IMG/VR virus record: IMGVR_UViG_3300043105_000102
Location: 64,001 to 128,000 of that record
Source: a virus
Lineage: Duplodnaviria > Caudoviricetes
Reading direction: 5' to 3' (one strand)
DNA: 64,000 nt
In this document: positions 1 to 10,000 of the stretch, in pieces
Layout: every line of letters starts with the position of its first letter
Position numbering within the stretch: position 1 is the first letter of the stretch
Made by a program: the position numbers and the translations under genes
The notes under the pieces: model-generated
Databases searched by the model: none
Seen by the model: only the letters and a program-made list of their open reading frames with translations
Told to the model about the DNA's origin: nothing

Positions 1-249
1 GATTCAGTAAATTTACTATCTAGAGATAAAAACCCCACGCTAAAGATTACTCTTAATAATGGAGTTAGTCTTATAAAATTCAAGTCGTCCGAGGAAGAAT
101 ACCAGTCTTTGCTGGCTAGTTCTGACCTTGGAAGTGTAGACATTAATGTTATTGGAACTTGTAAAATTAATGAATGGAATGGTATTATCAGTCCGCAAAT
201 GGAAATCGAACAATATGAAATTGTAAGAAAAGTTGATTATTTCTTTTAA
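1..249 (+). CDS. 3' end of a probable RecJ-like ssDNA exonuclease (partial)
   Basis: Frame +1 is open from base 1 to TAA at 247-249. It ends ...VIGTCKINEWNGIISPQMEIEQYEIV, resembling the NxWNG...Q C-terminal OB motif of RecJ-family proteins; replication-gene context. Confidence 0.55.
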   Translation, partial: DSVNLLSRDKNPTLKITLNNGVSLIKFKSSEEEYQSLLASSDLGSVDINVIGTCKINEWNGIISPQMEIEQYEIVRKVDYFF

Positions 250-306
250 GAAAATACTGTTCTAGTACACAATCCGACTTAAACAAATTAGAAGGAGAAA
301 TGTATT

Positions 307-1041
307 ATGAAAAAGATTTTTTTATGCGTTATTGCTTTTTTAACGGTTTTTTCCTTAAGCGTTAATGCGATGGCTTATAGTAAGGAAGAACTTACTGAAT
401 TGATTAATGAATGTGAAACTAAATTACCGTATGCTTATTCTATGGCCGAAGCCTGCGAAGGGCTTGGCTATAGCGAAGACCATCTTGTATCAGTAATTGC
501 TTCACAAGAGATTTTTAATTTAGAAAGCTCTCTTAAGGCATACCGCAAAGAGTATAACGAAATAATTGAGGAAGAGAAAAAAGAAGCTGAACTTAAAAGT
601 ATCCAAAAGAAGAAAGATGAATATCCAGTGGCTACAACTATATGGTATTATTTAAAGGGTCAAGGCTATAATAATTATGTGGCGGCCGGCATTTTAGGTA
701 ACATTATGGCCGAGGTTGGCGGCCAATCTTTAGACATTCAACCTTCCCTTTCTAACAATAGTTATTATGGGATGTGTCAATGGAGTAAAAAGTATTATCC
801 GCAAGCAAATGGACTAAGCCTTGGCGGCCAATGCGAGTTTTTAACAAGTACTATTGAATATGAGTTCAACACTTATGGATACAAGTATCAAAGCGGTTTT
901 AATTATTCTCAATTTTTAACTTTAGACAATGAAAGAGCTGCAAGTTTGGCGTTTGCTAAATGCTATGAGCGCTGCGGCTCAGGTTCTTATTCAGTCAGAC
1001 AAAATAATGCTACTAAAGCACTCGAATATTTTACTAGCTGA
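307..1041 (+). CDS. Secreted protein: signal peptide + coiled coil + phage-tail-lysozyme-type muramidase domain
   Basis: MKKIFLCVIAFLTVFSLSVNAMA signal-like N-terminus; AAGILGNIMAE...YGMCQW...F..CYER motifs; RBS AAGGAG upstream. Confidence 0.75.
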   Translation: MKKIFLCVIAFLTVFSLSVNAMAYSKEELTELINECETKLPYAYSMAEACEGLGYSEDHLVSVIASQEIFNLESSLKAYRKEYNEIIEEEKKEAELKSIQKKKDEYPVATTIWYYLKGQGYNNYVAAGILGNIMAEVGGQSLDIQPSLSNNSYYGMCQWSKKYYPQANGLSLGGQCEFLTSTIEYEFNTYGYKYQSGFNYSQFLTLDNERAASLAFAKCYERCGSGSYSVRQNNATKALEYFTS

Positions 1042-1046
1042 TTTTA

Positions 1047-1079
1047 AGGGGAGAGATTTAATATCTCTCCCCTATTTTT
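1047..1079 (+). terminator. Rho-independent terminator
   Basis: AGGGGAGAGAT-loop-ATCTCTCCCCT followed by ATTTTT. Confidence 0.75.
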
Positions 1080-1170
1080 GGTTTTGCTGGTCTGGTGGCA
1101 GGTGGAGGCATTGCTCGAAAACAGGATTAAAAATGGCCTTTAGAAATTTTGCGGCCAAAAATCCTCTTTA

Positions 1171-1199
1171 TTGATTTTCTTAGTAAAAAAGAGTATAAT
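1171..1199 (+). promoter_or_regulatory. sigmaA-type promoter
   Basis: TTGATT-17 nt-TATAAT, followed by an AAGGAG RBS and ATG at 1229. Confidence 0.7.
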
Positions 1200-1228
1200 A
1201 TATATAGAAAGTAAAAGGAGTAATAGAT

Positions 1229-1384
1229 ATGGATAAAGACCCTTTCTTAGACCAACTAGAAAAAAGTGCTAAGTATTTTAATGAGCGCAAATTTAACACA
1301 TATATCTATAATATTCTTTGCTTGAAATGTAAACTTGCATTTAGGCTATTGGCCGCCATAGTTAAAGGAGGAAAACATGGTTAG
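1229..1384 (+). CDS. Small hypothetical protein (51 aa), not in ORF track; paralog of 1621..1860
   Basis: AAGGAG RBS. MDKDPFLDQLEKSAKYFNERKFNTYIYNILCLKCKLAFRLLAAIVKGGKHG shares ERK...YIY..LCL..K.A with 1621..1860. Confidence 0.7.
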   Translation: MDKDPFLDQLEKSAKYFNERKFNTYIYNILCLKCKLAFRLLAAIVKGGKHG

Positions 1385-1577
1385 TTATGTGACTGAGGTA
1401 TGCTATAAAGATTTTAAAGCTTTGTTGGATGATTACCAGAAGATAAAGCATCATTACCCGCTCTTTATTATTATGAGCGATTTGACCCATAAAGACCTTC
1501 AAAATGATGGCTGGAATAGCCCTGACAATGTTGCTATTTGTGAAAAGTTCGGATATGGCGAAATAACCTTTATTTGA
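1377..1577 (+). CDS. Hypothetical protein
   Basis: GGAGG RBS, 66 aa ORF overlapping the upstream stop. Confidence 0.65.
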   Translation: MVSYVTEVCYKDFKALLDDYQKIKHHYPLFIIMSDLTHKDLQNDGWNSPDNVAICEKFGYGEITFI

Positions 1578-1602
1578 TTTAGACAGAGAAATATGGTATA
1601 AT
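1574..1602 (+). promoter_or_regulatory. sigmaA-type promoter (extended -10)
   Basis: TTGATT-17 nt-TATAAT with a TG immediately upstream of the -10. Confidence 0.7.
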
Positions 1603-1620
1603 ATAAGAAAAGGAACTATT

Positions 1621-1860
1621 ATGTTTAAAGAAAACTCCGCAGAAGAGCTAACTGAGGAACGTAAACTTAAAGAATATATATATGATAGTTTGTGCTTAAG
1701 ATATAAGATTGCCAGAGAAGCACAGGCAAGACATGAGGTAAATACTCATTATAATGGCAATATAAAAACAGCCATAGAAGCTGCTAAAAGAGATGAAATG
1801 AGATTTTATCAAATTTTGGATGATGTAATTTTTAATATGGAAGGAGGAAATAAAATTTGA
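1621..1860 (+). CDS. Hypothetical protein
   Basis: 79 aa ORF with AAGGA RBS directly downstream of the promoter. Confidence 0.7.
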   Translation: MFKENSAEELTEERKLKEYIYDSLCLRYKIAREAQARHEVNTHYNGNIKTAIEAAKRDEMRFYQILDDVIFNMEGGNKI

Positions 1861-3382
1861 TTCTTACTAATAAGCAAGAAGAAGGTTTGAAGATTATTGT
1901 AGCCAGATACAAAGCAGGAGAAAAATATACTGTTGTATCTGGCTACGCTTAAAAGCTGGTGTCGGTAAAAGCGTTTTAGTTAGATTTGCTGTTGAAGCTT
2001 TGGGGGTGCCAGAAGATACAGTAGCTTATGCTACATATACGGGCAAGGCCGCCGAAGTTTTACGCAAAAAGGGTAATAAGGGGGCTATCACACTTCATAA
2101 GCTTCTATATAACTGCTATCCTCGTAAAGATGGCGGATTTTATAGAGAACCTAAAAAATATTTGGACTATAAAGTTGTTGTTGCTGACGAGTGTAGTATG
2201 ATCCCTAAGACTATGGTAGACCTTCTTTTGAAGCATAATGTTTATGTATTATTCTTAGGTGACCCGTTTTAAAGCACTGGGACGGGCTAAAATAATCTAA
2301 TTGCGGGAACCTCCTGAGAGTTCACTCTACTAACTTATTATAGTGATATGAATAAGGGCAAAGGGTAATGCCGGAGATTTAAGTAAAAACGAGTGAAATT
2401 GGACAATCCGCAGCTAAGTTTCTAAAAGGTTTTAGAAAAAAGTTCAACGACTATCGAAAAGTATTTAATTACTGAGTAGAGTACACTGCAAGTTTATGGC
2501 AGTGGAAATGGTTATCCTAGAAGATATAGTCTGCTCTCACGAGAAATTGTGAGCTTGGATATTCCAAGAGATAAGGTTTGCGCCCTTATCTAAACAGGGA
2601 GGCAGCTCCCACCAATAAATAAAGATGAAGCAAATGACCTTCTAGAGCATCCTCATATCTTTCTTGATGAAGTATTGCGCCAAGCTGCTGACTCAGAAAT
2701 TATTCGAATGACTATGAAAATCCGTAACAATGAGCCTATTCCTTATTTCAAAGGAACTGATGTTATGGTAATTCCAAAAGCAGAGTTAGTAAACTCTTGT
2801 TATACTTGGGCCGATCAAGTATTGGTCGCCACGAATAGGACTAGAAAATCTATCAACACTCAAGTTAGAAAGATGAAGGGACTCAGTGGGTTGCCGCAAG
2901 ATGGAGACAAGATTATCTGTTTGTCAAACTATTGGGACGATATTTCTATGACCGGAGATGCCCTAGTAAATGGCACTACTGGAACTGTACGCAACCCGGT
3001 AGGAAGAGTAAAGAAGGTTCCTTATTTCTTTAATATTCCCGAAAATTCCATTCATAGCATCCAATTCGACTTTGAAACAGAAGAAGGCTCTTGTTTCAGT
3101 GGCATTGAAATGGATGAAAAATTAATTCAAACTGGAAGAAAGGCTGTTGAAGATTATAGTGTTGCTTATCGTTTGAAAAGCTACGAAAAGAAAACCGGAG
3201 AAGAGTTTATTCCCAAAGAGTTTGACTATGGGTATGCTATTACGACTCATAAAGCCCAAGGTAGTTCTTGGCCAAAAGTACTAGTAATAGAAGAGCATTT
3301 TCCAACTATTCAAGAGGAACACGCCCGCCATTTGTATACTAGCTGTACAAGAGCTTCTTCTCGGTTAGTTTTGGTACGTTAA
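1857..3382 (+). CDS. SF1B RecD/Dda-like helicase, discontinuous: 1857-1949 + 1958-2269 + 2603-3382 (394 aa)
   Basis: TTG start after GGAGG. Joining the segments restores Walker A GYAGVGKS, Walker B VVADECSMI, GDPF|QLPP, RQA, YAITTHKAQGS and LYTSCTRA. Confidence 0.85.
1899..1957 (+). other. 14-bp hairpin + GCT-TAA-AA-GCT 8-nt coding gap (candidate translational bypass element)
   Basis: GTAGCCAGATACAA (1899-1912) / TTGTATCTGGCTAC (1933-1946), then GCT, TAA, AA, GCT, then GGT GTC GGT AAA AGC in a different frame. Confidence 0.6.
2270..2602 (+). mobile_element. Group I intron (333 nt, no ORF) in helicase
   Basis: Core elements AATTGCGGGAA, AATCCGCAGC, GTTCAACGACTA, AAGATATAGTC. P1 CCCGTTT/GGACGGG, P10 CTG/CAG; ends in G; restores GDPF|QLPP. 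Confidence 0.92.
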
Positions 3383-3948
3383 TGAATTTAGTAACAATTG
3401 ATTTCGACATAATTATGGCGCCTAGCATTGAAAGTTATAATAATCAAGTTTCTACTAGTCGGCCAATAGAAAAGATAAAAGAAGATTTTCCTTTTCTTCC
3501 AGAGTTTCCGGCTGATTTGTATATCTATGAGTATCTTACGAGATATATTTTAAGTGTTGCTAAACAGAATAAGAAAATATATTTTATTGACGACCATAGT
3601 GAAGTAGTTCAATTTTTTGAGACGCCCCCTTATAGCCTGTATAATATAGACCACCATCATGATATAGGCTATAATTGGGGAGCTTCACGTGATTGCGGCA
3701 ATTGGGTAAGATTTCTTTGGAAAGAAGGAAAAATTACTTCTTACACTTGGATAAACGATGAAAATTCTCAAAAAGCGCCAAAAAGAATCCAAAAGTACTT
3801 AACAGAAGAAAAGAACATTAGAGAGACTAATTTAGAATTATTAGCGCCAGAAACAGATGTTTTGGTATTATGTGCCTCTTATGAATGGGTGCCGCCCCTG
3901 TACCATCCTTTATTTTTGGCGTGGAAAACCATGATTGAATTTATCTAA
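3382..3948 (+). CDS. UPF0489/arginase-deacetylase-fold-like hypothetical protein
   Basis: TIDFD, DDH, NIDHHHDI and DCGNWV motifs; translationally coupled (TAATG) to the helicase. Confidence 0.55.
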   Translation: MNLVTIDFDIIMAPSIESYNNQVSTSRPIEKIKEDFPFLPEFPADLYIYEYLTRYILSVAKQNKKIYFIDDHSEVVQFFETPPYSLYNIDHHHDIGYNWGASRDCGNWVRFLWKEGKITSYTWINDENSQKAPKRIQKYLTEEKNIRETNLELLAPETDVLVLCASYEWVPPLYHPLFLAWKTMIEFI

Positions 3949-3963
3949 AAATTGTAGTATAAT
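3935..3963 (+). promoter_or_regulatory. sigmaA-type promoter of the polymerase gene
   Basis: TTGAAT-17 nt-TATAAT. Confidence 0.65.
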
Positions 3964-3990
3964 AGTAATAGTAAAGGGGATGATTAACAC

Positions 3991-4037
3991 ATTATGAAGA
4001 TACGAAACTACCCCGGTAGCCTTCATAATCACTAGAT
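3991..4037 (+). other. Hairpin + CAC-TAG-AT 5-nt coding gap (candidate translational bypass element)
   Basis: ATTATGAAG (3991-3999) / CTTCATAAT (4021-4029) with inner CTAC/GTAG stem, then CAC, TAG, AT, then ACT GAT TAT AGT in the frame of the 4053 ORF. Confidence 0.55.
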
Positions 4038-7000
4038 ACTGATTATAGTAATTTGCGACTTCGTGACTCTATTAACCGATATGATAAGCTTATTGATTAT
4101 GCTATTGAGTTAGGCCACGAAGTTATTGCTTTTACAGAGCATGAATCAGTTTCTAATGCGGTAAAAATCCAAAAGTATTACAAGAAGATTAAGTCCGACC
4201 ATCCCGATTTTAAAGTAATTCTGGGTAATGAGATTTATCTATGCCGAAATGGATTAAATAATGAAAATTTTGTTTCGGGAGAAGATAGATATTGGCACTT
4301 TATACTTTTGGCGAAAGATGCTATTGGCCATCAGCAAATAAGAGAAATTTCTACTAGAGCGTGGAAGCGTTCCTATAAGGCTAGGGGAATGCGGCGAGTC
4401 CCCACTTATTATCAAGATCTTGAAGAAATAATTGGGGCTAATCCCGGCCATGTTATTGGGTCTAGTAGTTGCCTTGGCGGCTATTTACCTTTTTTAATTC
4501 TTAAATATAGAGATAGCAGCAGCGACCAACTCTTATGGCTAGAAAGAATTAACCAATGGACTAATAGTATAGAACAGATTTTCGGAAAAGGAAACTTCTT
4601 TTTAGAGCTTCAGCCCTCAGAATCAAAGGAACAAACTTATGTAAATGAGTTTTTGGTTTCTTTTTCCTCTCAGGCAAATATTCCATATATTATCACAACG
4701 GATTGAAAAATAATGCTTATGAAGATTATTAAAGGAATAGAAGGAGGTGAAAAAATGCGTAGTTTAAAGTCTTTTTCGGCAGAAGAAAAACAGCAAATTT
4801 TGAACGATAAAAGAGAAAACCCATTCAAAAGATATTAGATAAAATCTATAGTAACGTACCCTTTTTTGCTTAAAGCGAAAATACATAAGCATTATAAATG
4901 ACAGTCGAGTTAAGCTGTGAAGCTTAATGTTAATCCCCGCTAACCCAGATTGCAATGGGGTGTGAGCCAATGGCTTGCTAACGGTTGAACTCCTGCAAAG
5001 GACAATCCCGTGCTAAATTACTGTAAAGTATAAATGTGTAACGACTAGTTCGGAGGAACGTAGAATGGAGATGCTACCATTCGAAAGACGGGGCATCTGT
5101 TTGAAGCAGCAGATGAAAATATAGTCTATTCTTTATAGCAATATAAAGTATTAAAGAGTCATTATGCTAGAAGGGAAGATAGACCAATTCATAAGGCCTA
5201 TTTGAATGCAGAAGATGGCGATAGAGAAGTTGATTCTTTTTATGCAACGACTTATATGATGGATACAGAGGAACTAGAGAGCCATTTAAGCTTAACAGAC
5301 GAACAACTAGAAATAGCTTATCAGAATATTAGGAAAATAAAAGAAATGTGTTCTGATTATAGCCTGTTAAAGCCTTTGAAGATTCCTGAGTTAGTTTGGA
5401 AAGAGCCATCTTATTTAATTAGTCCAAGCACTTATTATAAACAGATTCCTTATCTTCAAACCTTTGTTGAATCAGAGTATCGTGGAGATAATCTATTGGC
5501 ACAACATGTTGCAGATAGATTATCTTGGGATACAACACTTCAAAATCAAAAAACTTATGATGCACTAGATGAATGTTTAGAGATGACTTGGAAATCATCT
5601 TTAGTCAATAAAACACATTGGAGTGCCTACTATTTAAATCTACAAAAAATAATTGATATTGTCTGGGATGCTGGAAGTCTGGTGGGGCCATCAAGAGGTT
5701 CTGGTACTGGGTTAGTAACTAAGCTCAGTTAAAAATTCGTGAACTATATTGCTCATAGGTGTCTAGTATAATTACTAGGCTAACGGTTCAGAAAGCAGTA
5801 ATGTTATTATGAGTAAGGGAACCTAAGTCTTTAACAAAGATAAGGAAATACCGTGTCAAGTTTGCTGATTATATTAAGCAAAAAGATGTAGAGACTATCG
5901 AAAGGTGTAATAGCTGAGTAGAGTAAAGTGGAAGATGAGCTACCACTTGAAGCGCGAATTACTTATATATTAAGTAAAGAGATAGTCCATGCTATATAGA
6001 AATATATAGTGTTCAGTTGTCTTACTATATGTATTGAATATTATACAGATAAACGCATTGCGTGAAACTACCAAGACAAAAAGTTGGAGATTTCTTAATC
6101 CTAGTCGAGTATCAGTTTTGGATATTGATGTAGATATAGAAGGCTCAAAGCGTGAAAAAGTTTTACAAGCTCTAAGAGATAATTATGGAGAAGATTATGT
6201 AGCTAACGTTATTACTTTTGGCGTTGAAAAGTCCAAATCAGCTATCCTTACTGGTGCAAGAGGACTAGGCATGGACAATAATGACGCACAGTATTTTTCT
6301 TCTTTAATTCCTTCTGACAGAGGTATCACTAGAACTTTACACCAATGTTATTATGGAGATAAAGAAAATGGTTTTGCGCCCATACCTCTATTTGTCAAGG
6401 AAATGGACGAACATCCAGACTTATGGAACGTGGCGCAAAAGATTGAAGGATTGATTTGCCAGATGGGTATTCACGCTGGGGGAGTTATTTTCGTAGATGA
6501 ACCTTTTACCAACTCCACTGGCTTAATGCGGGCGACAGATGGTACAATTATAACAGCTTATGACCTCCATGATTCAGAAGATGTGAGTCAACGAAAGTTA
6601 AGGCTCCTAAATGCTTAATCACTTATCAGTGATGTTATATAGGCTCTTAGAAATAAGGTAAGTAAAAAATACCTATATGGCACCGGGGAAACCTAAGTCA
6701 AAAATGATATGGCAATCCCGGACTAAATTGGGTAGCTTCCAGCTATCCATAAATGTCTATCGACTATCCCTCGGAAGGGGAGTAGAATTACTATTGATAC
6801 GTAATTCAAAACAGCATTCTCTTTAAAAGAGTAAGATATAGTCAGTACCATTGGAAACAATGGAACAATACGCTTATCAAGTACGACCTATTATCGGTTG
6901 AAGGATTTGATAAAATCCATACTTGCTTAGATTTGCTTTGTGATAATGGATTGGTTGAAAGAAAGCCCACATTAAGAGAAACATATGAATCAACTATTGG

Positions 7001-10000
7001 CATTTACAATCTTGAAAGAAAAGATCCTAGAATGTGGAAAATGATTTGGAATCATGAGATCGAATCATTATTCCAAATGGAAAAACAGAGTGGTGTTCAA
7101 GGAATTGCTTTAACAAAGCCTCAAAGTGTAGACGATTTAGCCCACTTAAATTCAGTAATCCGGCTAGTAGCACAAGATAAGGGCGCTGAACAACCACTAA
7201 GTAAATTTGCTCGTTTTAAAAACGATATTACCTTATGGTATAAGGAAATGGAAGATGCCGGATTGACCCAAAAGGAACAAGACCTTTTAAAAGAATATCT
7301 CTCAGGGTCATATGGTATTTGCGAAGCACAAGAACTATTTATGGAGTTAGTTCAAATTCCTGAATGTGGCGGATTTGACTTAAACTGGGCCGACAGGCTA
7401 AGAAAGAGTATTGCTAAGAAAAATCCAGCCGAATTTGAACAATTAACAAAGGAATATTATGCACAAGTTGAAGCCAAAGGACTAAGCCAAAATTTATGTA
7501 AATACGTATGGCAAAATTTGGTCGGGATAAGCCGTGGGTAAAAATTTGCTCCCTGTAATAGAAATATTACTTGAACAATGCCGAGAATTGCTGGAAAGCT
7601 AAGTCGAAAGATATGCCAATCAGCAGCCGAGCCATTTAGCTAATGGAAGGTTCAACGACTATTCAGAAAGAAGTAGGAGAAATCCGAAGTACGGCACATC
7701 GTTATTCTACCATGATTTTAGATTAAAGGAGGTGTAAAAATGGATCAACAACAGATAATTGATTGGTATGTTAAAGATGGATTTTCAATAAATTATATTG
7801 CAAAAAATCTACTACATTGCCGTGCAAGTACTATTAGTAAAATTTTAAAAGAAAATAATATAGTCATTAAAAAAGGCGCTACTAAAAAAGTAAATATTAA
7901 TCAAGAGAAAGAAATTATTGAACTATATACTAAAGAACATTATACGCAAAAAGAATTAGCCGAAAAGTTCCATCGTAGTACTGATACAATTCATAAAATT
8001 CTTATTAAAAATAGTGTAGCTATTATTAGTCAACCCAAGATTAACAAAAATCAAATAGACACTTATTTTGATATAATAGATACAGAAGAAAAAGCATATT
8101 GGCTTGGATTTATTTTCGCTGATGGTAATATTTTTAACAATCAATTAACAATAGAAATTCATGAGCGGGATAGGGAGTTGCTAGAAAGATTTAAAATAGC
8201 GCTAAATTTAAACGGAAAAATTTCTCATAGAGTCAGAAAAAATACTTCTGTATGTTCTGTCAGAGTTGTAAGTAAACATCTATGTGAAACTTTGAGTAAG
8301 TACGGAATAGTACCTAACAAAACTTATGTTACTAAACATTTACCACAAGTTCCTGAAACAATGTTACCACATTTCTTACGAGGATTAATTGATGGTGATG
8401 GTTGGATTAGTACAGACAAATCTGGACATTATCATATTGGGTTTGTTAGTCACTTCCCTTCAGTGTGTGAAGATTTTAAAAGGTATTGCAATATATTAAC
8501 CGATGGAAAATGTAGAGCTGCAATTACACGCAAAGATAAAAATTATTCTGGATATTGTTTTCAAATTCAGAGCAAAGAAGCTACAAAATTGATAGCTACA
8601 ATTTTGTATAAAGACAATACAATTTGTCTTAGTCGAAAGTATCGGAGGGTAGAGCCGTTACTTGACTGAAAAAACGATGAAGATATAGTCTTGGGCGATA
8701 ACCAGTTATGAAAATAACATTCGCTCAGACGGCTTTAATTTGAGTCATACATTAGCATATTCCCTTGTGGCACTCCAAGAGATGAACTTAGCATTTAAGT
8801 ACCCTATTGTTTATTGGAACTGCGCTTGCTTGATAGTTGATAGCGGTAGCGTTGGTTCTGGAACAGATTATAATAAGATAGCTATAGCTATTGGTAAGAT
8901 GCGGAAAGCCAACATTAAAGTTAGTTTGCCTGATATAAACCAATCAGACTTTGGATTCAAACCCGATGAAAAGAATAATAGAATCCTGTGCGGACTTAAG
9001 AGTCTGGCAAATGTTGGCGATGAAGTAGTCATAAAAACTATTGACAACCGTCCTTATGTATCTCCAAAAGACTATTTGGATAAAGTTCATCCTAATAAGC
9101 AAGCTATGATTTCCTTGATTAAAGGAGGGGCTTTTGATTCTCTTATGGATAGAAAGCTTTGCATGGCTTGGTATATTTGGGAAACTTGTAATAAAAAGAG
9201 TAAAATTAACCTACAGAATATGTCGGGATTGATTAGATACAATCTTCTTCCCGAAGAAACAGAAGAACAAGTCATGGCGCGCCGAGTTTATGAGTTTAAT
9301 AGATATTTGAAAAGTAGCTTTAAGCAAGGTGACAAATATATATTAACCAATCGGGCTATTAGCTTTTTGAACGAACTGGGCATAGAACCAAGTTTTGATT
9401 CTGGACTTTATTTACCGATTAAAAAATGGGAAAAGGTCTATCAAAAATGGATGGACGTATTTAGAGAGTGGATGGCCGCCAACCACGATAAAATACTCCA
9501 AAAAGTAAATGATAATGTTTTCCGTGAAGATTGGGAGAAGTATGCTCTTGGTAATTATTCTAGTTGGGAAATGCAATCTTTGTGTTTCTATTATCATGAA
9601 CACGAACTCGCCCATGTTAATAATAATCTTTATGGCTTCGCTGACTTCTCTAAGCTTCCAGAAGAACCAGAAATTGTAAAGACCTTTGGGAGCGGTGGAA
9701 AAATTTTCCAGTTGCATACGATTTGCGGCACTTGTATTGCAAAAGACAAAAACAAGAGTACTGTTAGCTTATTAACTACAACCGGAGTAGTTAATATTAA
9801 GTTCAGAAAAGAATACTTCTCTATTTTTGATAAACGTATCTCAGAAATTGGCGCCGATGGTACTAAACATTGTATTGAAGAATCTTGGTTTAGTAGAGGT
9901 AGTATGATAGCGGTTCAAGGCATTCGTTCGGGAGATAATTTTGTACCAAAGAAATATAAAAGTTCAAATTCCCATGAGCTATATAAGATTGATAAAGTTT

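Noticed and set aside
1080-1170. Relatively GC-rich intergenic stretch as a possible ncRNA or origin
   Set aside because: Only a weak GGCC...GGCC pairing; no convincing structure or repeats.
1950-4037. Stop-codon reassignment as the explanation for the internal TAA/TAG
   Set aside because: Both inserts also shift the frame, and TAA, TAG and TGA all end ordinary genes in this window.
1950-4037. The micro-inserts as ordinary cis-splicing group I introns
   Set aside because: 5-8 nt cannot hold a ribozyme core, and no register that restores the canonical motif has both a 5' exon U and a terminal G. Trans-excision remains only a secondary hypothesis.
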